Origin: a virus
Taxonomy: Duplodnaviria; Heunggongvirae; Uroviricota; Caudoviricetes
Reading direction: 5' to 3' (one strand)
Length of the DNA stretch: 64,000 bases
IMG/VR virus record: IMGVR_UViG_3300017691_000005
Location: 30,052-94,051 of that record
Under the pieces are notes generated by a model. The model had not been told where the DNA came from. It did not search any database and was given only the letters and a program-made list of their open reading frames with translations. Below, piece by piece: positions 10,195 to 20,395 of the stretch. Numbering within the stretch: position 1 is the stretch's first letter; the number at the start of each line of letters is the position of its first letter. The position numbers and the translations under genes are program-made.

Positions 10195-11186
10195 TTGACT
10201 TGTGTGAAGTTGAGGTAGTCACTGAAACAACTACCCACTTCATGCTCTACTGCCCGTTTCATGGTAATACTGATTCACCGTCTTTTGTGATTCAAAAAGA
10301 CGAACAAGGTTTGTTCAACTGCTTTAATCCATCGTGCGAAGAACGCGGTAATCTAAATCAATTCGTCAAGAAGGTTAAAGGCTGTAATGAGTTAGAAGCC
10401 GCTCGTATCATTTTGAAGGCCAGTAAAGAACACGCCCGACCAATCTCTGAAATTATTGCTAAGAGATTCAACGCCCCGCCCACCTTTGTGAAGTTTGAAG
10501 TAGATTTTGATGATCTTCATGAAAAGATGTGGGGTAGTCCTGCTCATGAATATATGAAGGGGCGGGGGTTTGAGGACTCAACTCTAGCCTATTTCAAAAT
10601 AGGATACAGTCAACTAAGAGACATGGTGATTGTTCCCATGTACTCTCCGGATGATCTGCCCATCGGTCTAATTGGAAGAGCCATACAAGAAAAGCGTTTT
10701 AAGAATTCAACTGGTCTCCCTAAGAAAGAGACACTGTGGAATTTCAATAACGCTAAGAAGAGTGATAGAGTTATTCTTGTTGAAAGTTCATTCGATGCTA
10801 TGAGAATCCATCAGGCGGGTTTCTCAGGAGCAGTGGCAACATTGGGTCCAATCGGACCTAGACATTTTGAGCAAATCAACCGAACATTTAATTCGGTTAT
10901 TATCATGACCGATGACGATAAAAAAGAGTACAGAAATGATTGTGCAAAGTGTCGTCGTGATGGATCGTATATGTGTTATGGTCATCAGCCGGGACTTGAA
11001 TTAGGAAAAAAGATTGCTGAAGGAACTAGTAATAAAAAGGTCTATTGGGCTAATTATGGAGATACTAGATTTCCTAAAGGTTGCAAGGATGCTTCAGATA
11101 TGACAGACGATCAGATACGTCAATGTATCAATGGAAGTGCTACTTCTTTTGAGTTGAAGATGAAGTACGGAACAGATGTAACTTGA
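10137..11186 (+). CDS. DnaG-like DNA primase (zinc-binding plus TOPRIM)
   Basis: CPFHGNTDSPSF zinc finger, TOPRIM segment VILVESSFDAMRIHQAG ... DDD. Confidence 0.65.
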   Translation: MEYRRNSGTYYSEDAIRAVIDLCEVEVVTETTTHFMLYCPFHGNTDSPSFVIQKDEQGLFNCFNPSCEERGNLNQFVKKVKGCNELEAARIILKASKEHARPISEIIAKRFNAPPTFVKFEVDFDDLHEKMWGSPAHEYMKGRGFEDSTLAYFKIGYSQLRDMVIVPMYSPDDLPIGLIGRAIQEKRFKNSTGLPKKETLWNFNNAKKSDRVILVESSFDAMRIHQAGFSGAVATLGPIGPRHFEQINRTFNSVIIMTDDDKKEYRNDCAKCRRDGSYMCYGHQPGLELGKKIAEGTSNKKVYWANYGDTRFPKGCKDASDMTDDQIRQCINGSATSFELKMKYGTDVT

Positions 11187-11253
11187 TCGAATCTGTGGTA
11201 AACTTGCTGGTAGAAGGCTCAGAGAAGCCTCGTATCTAAGGAGAATATTAAAA

Positions 11254-11970
11254 ATGACTAACGTAAAGAAAGGGCTAGCCGCCCTAAAACAGTTCAAACA
11301 AGACCAAGAAGAGCGCATTGCAGCAGCCTCTCGTCCTAAGGCAAATTGGTTTAGTTTTCCGGATAAACGAACAAATGTAGCAACTGTTAGATTCCTACAG
11401 GAACTAGATGAAGACGCTGAAAATTACAACCCGGACCGTGGTCTAGGCGCCCTTATTATTGAGCACCTGTCTCCAAACCCTGATTTCCGTAAGCAAAAGC
11501 GAGCCTCATGTACAGCAGACACAGAGGGTCATTGCTACGCATGTGAGCGTCACGCTGAGGATCGTAAGGCCGGGTGGGGTCAAAAGAGTTCACTTTACAT
11601 CAACGTGCTGTATTCATTCGATGAAGATGAAGCACCTAAGGTTGGTGTTCTAAAAAGAAACTTCAACTCTTCTTTTGTCACTCAGTTGATTGATGAGGCA
11701 GCAGAAGAGAACACAATTACTGATGCTAATTTCCGTATCACTCGTAGCGGTGATGGACCTACAACTCAGTTAACTCTAAAGAAACTATCTCCCGCTAAGG
11801 TTGCACCATTTGATGATTCAAAGGTTGAGGTGTTCAACCTAGAGCAAACCGTTCTTTATAACATTGCATATTCAGACCAGCCAAAGTATTATGGCTCTGG
11901 TGAAGAATTTGCTGCGAAAGAAGAGAAGGCAGAGCCTAAAAAGCCTGCTTTTGAAGATAACGAATGGTGA
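11254..11970 (+). CDS. hypothetical Zn-binding protein
   Basis: strong RBS AAGGAGAATATTAAAAATG; CxxC...C motifs (CTADTEGHCYACERH). Confidence 0.45.
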   Translation: MTNVKKGLAALKQFKQDQEERIAAASRPKANWFSFPDKRTNVATVRFLQELDEDAENYNPDRGLGALIIEHLSPNPDFRKQKRASCTADTEGHCYACERHAEDRKAGWGQKSSLYINVLYSFDEDEAPKVGVLKRNFNSSFVTQLIDEAAEENTITDANFRITRSGDGPTTQLTLKKLSPAKVAPFDDSKVEVFNLEQTVLYNIAYSDQPKYYGSGEEFAAKEEKAEPKKPAFEDNEW

Positions 11971-11980
11971 ATTAATGACA

Positions 11981-12012
11981 GGGGGCGGACTATTTTGGTC
12001 CGCCCCTATGTC
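11981..12012 (+). terminator. hairpin terminator-like element
   Basis: GGGGGCGGAC-TATTTTG-GTCCGCCCC inverted repeat after the stop at 11970. Confidence 0.4.
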
Positions 12013-12030
12013 ATTATATAAAGGAGATAA

Positions 12031-12264
12031 ATGGATGCAACAGACAAAGAGAATCTAACAGTTACATTAGACGCTCTTATTGATCGAGTAGTAAAGTTAA
12101 AAGGTTTTGAAGGTTATGAAGATAACGATATTGTTGATTTCATGTATGTTTTAGATGAGGCAAAGTTTATTGTTGCCGGTATTGTCTATAGCAATGGAAT
12201 TTCTATATGTGATCATGAAAAAGACCCTATGACTGGTGAATGTTTAAATGACGAGGACGACTAA
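12031..12264 (+). CDS. hypothetical protein
   Basis: 77 aa, RBS AAGGAGATAAATG. Confidence 0.4.
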   Translation: MDATDKENLTVTLDALIDRVVKLKGFEGYEDNDIVDFMYVLDEAKFIVAGIVYSNGISICDHEKDPMTGECLNDEDD

Positions 12265-12568
12265 TTGGTGGTCCTCATATAATGCGTATTTAAAATCGGC
12301 AGAGTGGACAGAGTTTAAAAAGTACTACTTCACCAGATATGCTAAACTCTGCCGGGTGTGTGGCAGTAGCCGACGTGTGGCTCTTCACCACCTACAATAT
12401 ATAAATTATCGCTCTAAAGACACTAGCCAATATGTGCCGTTATGTGAGGTGCATCATAATATGCTTACTAAAGAGTACAGACTCAAAGGTAAGAGATTAG
12501 GTATGTCTTTAGAGCAGTTTACTAAATTTTACATCATAAGAGAACGGGGCAAGCGAAAAGCCTATTAA
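12248..12568 (+). CDS. small HNH-like endonuclease
   Basis: CRVCGSSRRVALHHLQYINYR...CEVHHNMLT HNH-like Cys/His arrangement. Confidence 0.45.
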   Translation: MTRTTNWWSSYNAYLKSAEWTEFKKYYFTRYAKLCRVCGSSRRVALHHLQYINYRSKDTSQYVPLCEVHHNMLTKEYRLKGKRLGMSLEQFTKFYIIRERGKRKAY

Positions 12569-12597
12569 CGCTTGCCCTTCAACAAGAAGGGCTTATT

Positions 12598-15500
12598 ATG
12601 AGCGGATTTGCAAGTCTACATTGTCATACTGAACGTTCACCTATTGACTCAGTTGCTCGTATTGAAGAATATCTAGAGCGTGCTGTTGAAGTCGGTGTGC
12701 AGTCAGTAGCCACCACAGAGCATGGTCGCCTCAGCGGTTTCCGTGATAACCAGGCGGCTCAAGAAAAGTATGGAATGAAAGTCATCCAAGGGATTGAGAC
12801 ATACTTTTCATCTACTGATCGATTTGATCGTAGGAGCAGTAAGCAGAGGGATGACGGTTCGTCTGTCTACAACCACCTAATTTTGCTCGCAATGAATAAT
12901 AAAGGTCTGCGGAATCTCAACAAGATGAATGAGATTGCATGGACAGAAGGTTTTTATAACCAGGCACGTATTGACAAAGAACTATTAGAAAAATATGGAG
13001 ATGACATTATTGTCCTCTCTGGCTGTATGTCAGGTGTTATGGCCGAAGGTATTCTCAATGATGATATGCAAAAGGCTTACGATTGGGCCGGGTGGTTCAA
13101 GGATAAGTTTGAAGACAGGTTCTTTGTAGAACTACAGTCTGAGAATGATATTGCATTGAATACAGCCCTACTCAAAGTCGCTGACGATCTATCCATTAAG
13201 TCTGTCCTTACAGAAGATAGTCACATGGTCCGTCCATCAGATCGGTGGATTGAAGAGGCATTCCTAGTCCTATCGACTAAGCCTAACGCTGATAAGTCAG
13301 TCAAGTGGGAAAGTCTTCCCAAAGACATGCCAATGCTTGAGAAGTTTAACGCTCTTTATCCCGGTCGAAAGATGACCTTTGAGCATCTTGACCTATTCAT
13401 GGCTGGCCGGGAGCACAGGGAGAACAAACTCAAAGCACAAGGTATTGACCGTCCCGAACTATTTGATAATACGGTAAACATTGCCAATCGTGTAGAAGGA
13501 TATGATAATCCTACAAATCTTGATCTACTGCCCCGACCTAAGGCAGAAGATCCTGTAATTAAGTTCAGGCAGATGTGCCGACGTGGTATGAAGCAAAAAG
13601 GGCTTGCTGGTGATCCAGTGGCTGAGGCTCGTCTAAAGCATGAACTAAATGTCATCGAGTCTAAGAACCTCTCGTCATACCACCTCATCGTGGCAGACAT
13701 GATGAACTGGATTACCGCTCAGGGTATGCAGAAGGGGTTTGGTCGCGGTAGTGCTGGTGGCTCTCTAGCCAACTATGTTAGTAACATTACAGAGATCAAT
13801 CCACTACCCCATGACCTACTGTTTGAACGGTATCTAGACCCTTCTCGTGATGACCCCGCTGACATTGATTCTGATACATCAGACCAGGCGGCGGTGCTTG
13901 GTTATCTAACTCGTATGTATGAGCATGTCGCCAAGATTACTACTGTCAATTACTTTAAAGAGAAAAGCAGCCTGAAGGATGCTTGCAGTATTATCAAGGT
14001 TCCTTTTGCGGAGGCTAATAAAGCACTAAAGAACATTGAGTCGTTTGATGAGTACCTAGAAGATCCTGCTCTATCTGACTTTAGGTCAAGGTATCCTGAC
14101 GTGTTCAAGATTGCGAATGAGTTCAATGGACGTATTCGCGGTTATGGAATGCACGCATCGGGTGTTGTGGTGTCAAATAAAGACTTCACTGATTTTATGC
14201 CAATTGAGTCACGCCCGGCAGGCAAAGATGAGCGAGTGCCTGTTGTTGCTTACGATGGTAATGAAGTAGCAGAAATTGGCGCCTACAAGATTGACGTTCT
14301 TGGGGTTAAGACCCTCGCGGTTATTAACGACTGTATCAATCTTGTTGCTAAACGTCATGGTGTCAATGTCATCATGCGTGAAATTCCACTAGATGACGAT
14401 GCAGTATTTCAGAGTATCTCTGAGGGCTATACTCGTGGACTGTTTCAGGCTGAACAGTCGGCATCTACGAAACTCATCGTAGAGATGGGGGTTGATAACT
14501 TCAATGATCTTGTTGTGTCGAATGCTCTAGTGAGAACTGGTGCTTATAAGGCATTTGGTAAGGAGTACATTGCTCGTAAGCGTGGTAAGCGTAAGGTTAA
14601 GAGTATCCACCCAATCTATGATGCAATTACTAAAGACACTCTAGGTCTGCCTCTATATCAGGAAACCTGGATGAAGATTATGAACGAGTTCGCCGGTATG
14701 AACATGGGTGATGTTAATAAAGTTCGTAAACTAACCGCTAAGAAGAAGTCAGCAGAGGAACTAGCACCTTACCGTGAGAAGTTCATTTCTGGTGTGGTCG
14801 CTAATGCAGATATGGAAACAGCAGAATTCCTTTGGGAATGGCTACTCAAGACCTCTGAGTATCTGTTTAACAAGTCGCACGCTGTGGCTTATTCGATGCT
14901 GACAAATGCAACCGCATGGCTGAAGTATCACTACCCCCTTGAGTACATGCTTTCACTTCTACGCAATGAAGAAGACAAGGACGCTATTACTGACTACTTC
15001 ATTGAGGCAAAGCGTCTAGGTATTAAAATTCTTCTTCCTCACGTCAACAAGTCAAAGGTTCACCACGAGATTGAGGGTGATTCAATTCGAATTGGTCTTT
15101 CAAGCATCAAGTACATCTCCGATCTAACTGCGCCAAAAGTTTTGCGCTATGCTCCATACAAGAACTATCAGGATCTCTACAACAAGGTTATGGAGAAGGG
15201 TAACGGTCTTAATGTCCGCTTGCTTCAAGGCTTGAATGCTATTGGAGCGGCATCATTTGATGATAACCCTCCCAAGGGTAATGAAAGAGATAATCTTTAT
15301 GAGTATCTTCAAATCCCTGCGTTCAACTCTTCAGAATTGCTACCCAAGATTCGTTATCAGATGGATGCCATTGAAGATATTAGTGAAGATGGTATTTACA
15401 AGATTCTTGCTATGGTTCGTGGAGTTAAGAACGGTGACGGGTGGACCCGTGTGGATCTTGTAGATGAGAGCGGTTCCATTGGTCTGTTTACCAACGCTCC

Positions 15501-15879
15501 TCTAATCCAAGGCCAGATGTATGTGGTGTTTGCATCGGGTAGTAATATTGTGTCAGCAATTCCTATTGAGGATGTGTTGAACAAGGTGCGAGTACCTATG
15601 GTAGAGTATCTGTATAGAGATGAGTTCCCAAATATGAGTAATGACGACTACAAGGTCATCTCTTGGGAATCACGTAAAACTAAAGCCGGTAAAAATATGG
15701 CTACCGTTGTCATGAGCAACAACCAAAAAGAACTAACATCTGCGCTGGTATTTGATAGAGTTTTCCTACAGATGTATTCTATGTGTAAGCCAGGCAATGT
15801 GATTAGGCCAGAGATAGGCCGCATGAAAGATAATACGTTAACACTAAATGACTGTAGAGTACTCAGAGAAGTTTCCTGA
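12598..15879 (+). CDS. dnaE: DNA polymerase III alpha subunit (DnaE-type, PHP domain N-terminus)
   Basis: 1093 aa; PHP domain start LHCHTERSPIDSVA...ATTEHG; polymerase core motifs; good RBS. Confidence 0.8.
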   Translation: MSGFASLHCHTERSPIDSVARIEEYLERAVEVGVQSVATTEHGRLSGFRDNQAAQEKYGMKVIQGIETYFSSTDRFDRRSSKQRDDGSSVYNHLILLAMNNKGLRNLNKMNEIAWTEGFYNQARIDKELLEKYGDDIIVLSGCMSGVMAEGILNDDMQKAYDWAGWFKDKFEDRFFVELQSENDIALNTALLKVADDLSIKSVLTEDSHMVRPSDRWIEEAFLVLSTKPNADKSVKWESLPKDMPMLEKFNALYPGRKMTFEHLDLFMAGREHRENKLKAQGIDRPELFDNTVNIANRVEGYDNPTNLDLLPRPKAEDPVIKFRQMCRRGMKQKGLAGDPVAEARLKHELNVIESKNLSSYHLIVADMMNWITAQGMQKGFGRGSAGGSLANYVSNITEINPLPHDLLFERYLDPSRDDPADIDSDTSDQAAVLGYLTRMYEHVAKITTVNYFKEKSSLKDACSIIKVPFAEANKALKNIESFDEYLEDPALSDFRSRYPDVFKIANEFNGRIRGYGMHASGVVVSNKDFTDFMPIESRPAGKDERVPVVAYDGNEVAEIGAYKIDVLGVKTLAVINDCINLVAKRHGVNVIMREIPLDDDAVFQSISEGYTRGLFQAEQSASTKLIVEMGVDNFNDLVVSNALVRTGAYKAFGKEYIARKRGKRKVKSIHPIYDAITKDTLGLPLYQETWMKIMNEFAGMNMGDVNKVRKLTAKKKSAEELAPYREKFISGVVANADMETAEFLWEWLLKTSEYLFNKSHAVAYSMLTNATAWLKYHYPLEYMLSLLRNEEDKDAITDYFIEAKRLGIKILLPHVNKSKVHHEIEGDSIRIGLSSIKYISDLTAPKVLRYAPYKNYQDLYNKVMEKGNGLNVRLLQGLNAIGAASFDDNPPKGNERDNLYEYLQIPAFNSSELLPKIRYQMDAIEDISEDGIYKILAMVRGVKNGDGWTRVDLVDESGSIGLFTNAPLIQGQMYVVFASGSNIVSAIPIEDVLNKVRVPMVEYLYRDEFPNMSNDDYKVISWESRKTKAGKNMATVVMSNNQKELTSALVFDRVFLQMYSMCKPGNVIRPEIGRMKDNTLTLNDCRVLREVS

Positions 15880-16201
15880 CAGACCGCTTTGCCAGGTTTG
15901 TAAAAAGAACCTGGCAAAGCGTAGAGGAGACAAGTTTAGAAGTAAATGCAGTACTTGTGAGTCTGGGATGTCCAGGCATGATCGCGGGTATACAAAGCAT
16001 AAAAAAGATTATTGCGAGAATAAAAAATGTACAGCCCTTATTACCAGTAAGAAACAGTTGATTGTTCATCACATAGACTCTAATCATAGTAATAATGATC
16101 CTAGCAATTTATTAACCATCTGTAGAAATTGTGATGCATTGATAACAGACGAAAATAGAGACTATTTGAATATTAAATACAGGAGCAATATTGGAATTTG
16201 A
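15848..16201 (+). CDS. HNH endonuclease
   Basis: VHHIDSNHSNNDPSNLLTICRNCDALI HNH motif; overlaps the 3' end of the polymerase gene. Confidence 0.55.
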   Translation: MTVEYSEKFPDRPLCQVCKKNLAKRRGDKFRSKCSTCESGMSRHDRGYTKHKKDYCENKKCTALITSKKQLIVHHIDSNHSNNDPSNLLTICRNCDALITDENRDYLNIKYRSNIGI

Positions 16202-16351
16202 TAAAGAAGTACTTATGGCAGCCCTCATTGTAGGCGCCGGAGGGCAAATTAAGATCAGCAAAGATGATCTAGAGTTTGTGATTGGTAAGTCAATCGTTCT
16301 AGATCTCAATGAAGAAGAAGGAACCTACGAGTTCACAGTGCAGGAGCAGGC

Positions 16352-16693
16352 ATGAATTTTGACACGTATCAACAGCGCGCCCTTGAGACCGCTATTTACC
16401 CAGAGGCCACTACAGGGTCTTTCGCGGCCCTTAGTTACACAGTCCTAGGGCTGACTAACGAGGCCGGTGAAGTTGCGGGCAAGGTTAAGAAGGTTTGGCG
16501 TGATAATGATGGAGAATTAACTGAAGAGAAGAAAGATCAGATTGCTGATGAACTTTCTGATGTTCTTTGGTATGTTGCTACAGCAGCCAGAGAGATTAAT
16601 TATTCTTTAGAAGATATTGCTTGGAAGAACGTTGACAAACTAAAAAGTCGAAAAGACAGGGGAGTTCTAGGCGGTAGCGGAGATACCCGCTGA
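16352..16693 (+). CDS. MazG-like nucleoside triphosphate pyrophosphohydrolase
   Basis: LTNEAGEVAGKVKK ... DELSDVLWY MazG signature. Confidence 0.65.
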   Translation: MNFDTYQQRALETAIYPEATTGSFAALSYTVLGLTNEAGEVAGKVKKVWRDNDGELTEEKKDQIADELSDVLWYVATAAREINYSLEDIAWKNVDKLKSRKDRGVLGGSGDTR

Positions 16694-16785
16694 CCTGTTA
16701 TAATTGATATACGAAGTGCCCGGTAGGCGAAAGCCGCCGGGCCTTCCGTATATAAGCCGAACGGAGTGGCTTTAAGACTCCGTGA
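16694..16785 (+). promoter_or_regulatory. structured intergenic region (two hairpins) between MazG and the RecA-like gene
   Basis: GCCCGGTAGGCGAAAGCCGCCGGGC and ACGGAGTGGCTTTAAGACTCCGT inverted repeats. Confidence 0.3.
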
Positions 16786-16799
16786 TAAAAAGGAGAAAA

Positions 16800-17825
16800 A
16801 TGAACGTAGATGAGTTATTGGCGAATGCCAACATAAGTAATAAGATTAAGACACAGTTTACAAAAGCATCTGAGATTGAAAATACTTTTTATCCACTGGC
16901 TAGCGTAGGGCTCACCGACGCACTCGGCGGAGGTATTGGCGCCGGTAGGATGACAACGATTTATGGCAACACTTCTAGTGGCAAGTCAACACTACTTCTT
17001 TCCTCTGTTGCAAAGTGGCAAAAGATGGGACTAACGTGTTGCTATGTAGATAGCGAGATGACTTTTAGTAAGGAGTACGCAGAGTCTTTGGGCGTTGACA
17101 CAGATAACTTGATCCTTCTTCAAACTAAATCATTCGGTAAGGTGAATGATCAGGTCACTCCACTTGTCAAAGCGGGATTAGACATTCTCATTATTGATTC
17201 TATCTCTGATCTTCTTCCAGAGCAGTTCCTTGATGATAAAGGTGAGATCAAAGAGTTTGAGAAACAAAAGCAAATAGGCGCCCATGCTCGCTCCACAAGC
17301 ATTCTCATCAATAGTCTTCATTACGTTAATGATAAGACAGCATTGATTATGCTTTCGCAAACCACTACCGATCTTTCTGGCATGTATCCAGTTCAGATTC
17401 CTATGGGCGGAAAGAAACTTCTTTTTGGTTCTAGCCAAGTAGTTAAACTCACTTCAAGCAACAGCGATAAGAATATGATTGTTGGAGAAGTTTACAGTAA
17501 CGGTAAAGTCTTTCAAGAGAATATCGGACGTAAGGTAGAATTTAAGGTCGAAAAGAATAAGATGGCCGCACAGGGGCGTACTGGAACTTATGATTTGTAT
17601 TATGATGGCGATGTGTTAGGTATCGATTTCATTGGAGAGGCCGTAGACCTAGCCATTAAGTACGATATCGTTCAGGCTGCCGGTGCATGGAACAAATATG
17701 ATGGTCAGTCATTCCAGGGTCGTAAGGGAGTTATTGCATACTTCAAGGATAATCCTGAAGCGTTTGAGCAACTAACTCAGGAAATTTATGCACTGAAGAA
17801 CGGCGGGGAACTTGTCGGAGCGTGA
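16800..17825 (+). CDS. RecA-like ATPase / recombinase (RadA/UvsX/Sak4-like)
   Basis: Walker A GNTSSGKST, RecA fold; start moved to MNVDELL with AAAAGGAGAAAAATG RBS. Confidence 0.55.
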   Translation: MNVDELLANANISNKIKTQFTKASEIENTFYPLASVGLTDALGGGIGAGRMTTIYGNTSSGKSTLLLSSVAKWQKMGLTCCYVDSEMTFSKEYAESLGVDTDNLILLQTKSFGKVNDQVTPLVKAGLDILIIDSISDLLPEQFLDDKGEIKEFEKQKQIGAHARSTSILINSLHYVNDKTALIMLSQTTTDLSGMYPVQIPMGGKKLLFGSSQVVKLTSSNSDKNMIVGEVYSNGKVFQENIGRKVEFKVEKNKMAAQGRTGTYDLYYDGDVLGIDFIGEAVDLAIKYDIVQAAGAWNKYDGQSFQGRKGVIAYFKDNPEAFEQLTQEIYALKNGGELVGA

Positions 17826-18126
17826 GGAAGCAAAAAGAGACGGCGCCACGTTGGTTCCTAATTCCGGTAGGTCTAAAGGAACAGCGAAAGGTGATGCAAC
17901 ACTAGACCATTGGCTTATCGACTATAAGGAATATTCGAAGTCATATGGTGTTAGTGTAAGTAACTGGTCTAAGTTGTCTTCAGACGCTTGGAAGAATGGT
18001 CATCGAAACCCAACACTAAAACTAGTGTTGGGGGATGACGGTAAATATGTCAGACTGTTCGTTATCGATGAGAAGATGTTCCACGAAATGCATGAGGCAT
18101 GGAAGGAGAAGTATGACCAAGTTTGA
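17812..18126 (+). CDS. hypothetical protein
   Basis: 104 aa ORF. Confidence 0.35.
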   Translation: MSEREEAKRDGATLVPNSGRSKGTAKGDATLDHWLIDYKEYSKSYGVSVSNWSKLSSDAWKNGHRNPTLKLVLGDDGKYVRLFVIDEKMFHEMHEAWKEKYDQV

Positions 18127-18307
18127 GGAAATATTTGGAAAGAAAAGTTCTGAACCAGATAATTTGTTTTACACAGAAATAGAAGGAACTTTTGCTTGTA
18201 TGACGTGTAATGTCTATGTAGAAACGGGTAAGTGGTATCAAATGGACAGAGTTCTAGTCTGGGAGTGTCCTCAGGGTCACAAGAGTATGATTGAGAATTT
18301 TGGATGA
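18113..18307 (+). CDS. hypothetical Zn-ribbon protein
   Basis: internal start with GGAAGGAGAAGTATG RBS; CMTCNVY...CPQGH. Confidence 0.3.
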   Translation: MTKFEEIFGKKSSEPDNLFYTEIEGTFACMTCNVYVETGKWYQMDRVLVWECPQGHKSMIENFG

Positions 18308-18627
18308 TTGCTGAAACATTAGAAGGTGTAAGTGACCTAAATGAACTCAATGAAATAAGTGAGTTCTTACAAGATGAAATACTGGATGAGTGTTTGACAA
18401 ATGTAGTAAAATTGATTGCAAAGCCTGACATTCAACCTGCCACCGCAGCACGTCTCATCGTTCAGTTATCCGCAATGTCTTTGAAGTTTCGTATGATTGG
18501 TAAATATTATATGATTTATGATAAAGACGCTGATCAAGGAAGTAAGAAAAAAAACACTTATTTATCTTTGAGTGAAGGATTAGATAAGTTGGTAGATTCG
18601 TTGAAGTATATAGCAAGAGTATCTTGA
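18304..18627 (+). CDS. hypothetical protein
   Basis: 107 aa ORF. Confidence 0.4.
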   Translation: MIAETLEGVSDLNELNEISEFLQDEILDECLTNVVKLIAKPDIQPATAARLIVQLSAMSLKFRMIGKYYMIYDKDADQGSKKKNTYLSLSEGLDKLVDSLKYIARVS

Positions 18628-18674
18628 TATAACTTTGTGTTACAATAAACATAACTTAAGGAAAGCGGTTATCT

Positions 18675-19445
18675 ATGATGAAAGACCTTATTGCGGCTCG
18701 ACGACTGAGCCGCAAGAATAATGACCTATTAAAAATAGGTGACATTTTGATTGATCAGTATGAGCAGCAGAACAAGGCTGCCGCATTTCTGACCAAGAAG
18801 ACATTTTCACCTTCTGGTGTAGGTCAGTATCAGGGCTCTTGTCCTAGATATTGGTACGTGGCATTTAACGGCGCTGATTTTGAGTATAAGAACACACCTC
18901 TTAGTGTTGCAATTATGGCAAATGGAACCGCCGCCCATGATAGATTACAAACCGCTTTTGAAAAGGCCGGGGTGTTGTTGGAGAAGGAACTACCTATAGA
19001 ATTATCCGACCCCCCGGTCTTTGGTTATGCAGATGCTATTTTTGATATTGATGGTGAAAAGGTTGTTGGTGAGTTTAAGACAACTAACCAGGAAGCATTT
19101 GATTTTAGGAAGTTAAGTCAGCAGCCCGCCGAGGCCCACCGGTTGCAAATACTCTTGTATTTGAAAGCAACGGGTAATAAGCGCGGTGCAGTTATTTATG
19201 AGAATCGTAATACATTGCAGTTGTTAGTTATACCAGTTGAGATGGATGAGAAAAATGAAGAATGGTTAGAAAAGGCATTAGAGTGGATGCGAACAGTTCG
19301 ATCCGCCTTTGATAATAAACAAAAACCAAAACAACCCTTTCAACAAAGAAATAAGATTTGCCAAGAATGCCCCGTGTACGAAGCGTGCTGGTCGGACAAA
19401 GAATTCGATGTAGAAATCCCAAAGTTGGACCTCAAGGCACTATGA
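18675..19445 (+). CDS. Cas4-like PD-(D/E)XK exonuclease with Fe-S Cys cluster
   Basis: N-terminal GSCPRYWY and C-terminal CQECPVYEACW cysteines flanking a PD-(D/E)XK core. Confidence 0.55.
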   Translation: MMKDLIAARRLSRKNNDLLKIGDILIDQYEQQNKAAAFLTKKTFSPSGVGQYQGSCPRYWYVAFNGADFEYKNTPLSVAIMANGTAAHDRLQTAFEKAGVLLEKELPIELSDPPVFGYADAIFDIDGEKVVGEFKTTNQEAFDFRKLSQQPAEAHRLQILLYLKATGNKRGAVIYENRNTLQLLVIPVEMDEKNEEWLEKALEWMRTVRSAFDNKQKPKQPFQQRNKICQECPVYEACWSDKEFDVEIPKLDLKAL

Positions 19446-19720
19446 CCCATTGCGCTAATCCAGATTGCCCTAACAAGTTTGATCAAGTTAAGCATAATCA
19501 GAAATATTGCACCCCCGAGTGCTGTAAGATTGTCACCAATGCAGCACTCATGCGGGATTATTACAATAAAAAGGCCAGACTCGCGGGTAAGCCCAGAGTG
19601 TGCACCGAATGCAATACGACAAAATTATCAAGATACAATGAAACAGAAATTTGTTCGGAGTGTGTTGCAAAGCATAAAGCGAACAAGAGAGATAGACTAG
19701 TGCTTAGTTTGGGAATGTGA
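19442..19720 (+). CDS. Cys-rich zinc-ribbon protein
   Basis: multiple CxxC pairs (CANPDCPNKF, CTPECC, CTECN, CSEC); ATGA overlap with upstream gene. Confidence 0.4.
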   Translation: MTHCANPDCPNKFDQVKHNQKYCTPECCKIVTNAALMRDYYNKKARLAGKPRVCTECNTTKLSRYNETEICSECVAKHKANKRDRLVLSLGM

Positions 19721-20235
19721 AAGTAATCGGATTAGACTGCAATAGCAAAAGTATTGCATATTCAGAGTTGGACAATGGTGTCCTCAAAGATTATGGCTTG
19801 TTGAGTTTTTCCACAGATGATAGAAATAAAAGAGTCAAAGATGCATATCGTCAGGCGGCCAAGTTATTTGAAAACAAAAGTCCAGACGCTGTTGCCATAG
19901 AAGACGCTGTATTTGTTCAAAACCAACAATCTCTTATCACTCTGTCTTATTATTTTGGAGCAATTATTGCCGCCAGTCCAGTTAAGGTTTACAGCGTTAG
20001 ACCTTTAGAGTGGCAGAGCAATATTGGGAACAAGGTACTTAACGCCGGTCAGAAGAATTTAATTAAGATTGCTTCACCTGGCAAGAGCGAAACATGGTAT
20101 AAAAATAAGTACCGTGAATCAAGAAAAGATTTTACTCGTCAATGGGTAAAGACAAATTTTGGTGTAGAAATAGAAAGCGATGATATTTGTGATAGTGTCG
20201 GCATAGGATGGTGGTTACATACAAATGGCTCCTAA
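19717..20235 (+). CDS. RuvC-like Holliday junction resolvase
   Basis: N-terminal KVIGLDCNSKSIAYS, RuvC-like acidic residues; GTG start overlapping the upstream stop. Confidence 0.55.
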   Translation: MKVIGLDCNSKSIAYSELDNGVLKDYGLLSFSTDDRNKRVKDAYRQAAKLFENKSPDAVAIEDAVFVQNQQSLITLSYYFGAIIAASPVKVYSVRPLEWQSNIGNKVLNAGQKNLIKIASPGKSETWYKNKYRESRKDFTRQWVKTNFGVEIESDDICDSVGIGWWLHTNGS

Positions 20236-20395
20236 GATGTATACCAATCAAAATTGGTTAAAAACTCAATATCAAACATTAGGTAAGACTGCTGCTCAGA
20301 TAGCAAAAGAGCAAGGAACTACAGAGGTTACTATTTATAATTGGCTGAAGAAGTTTCAATTGATTCGTAATAGTCGAAAACTTAGTACTAGATGA
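20225..20395 (+). CDS. small HTH DNA-binding protein
   Basis: 56 aa; LGKTAAQIAKEQGTTEVTIYNWLKK helix-turn-helix. Confidence 0.35.
   Translation: MAPKMYTNQNWLKTQYQTLGKTAAQIAKEQGTTEVTIYNWLKKFQLIRNSRKLSTR

Noticed and set aside
13356-13700. Minus-strand ORF inside the DNA polymerase III alpha gene, and similar nested ORFs (15236-15463, 15396-15584 minus)
   Set aside because: Antisense or alternative-frame artefacts within a high-confidence CDS.
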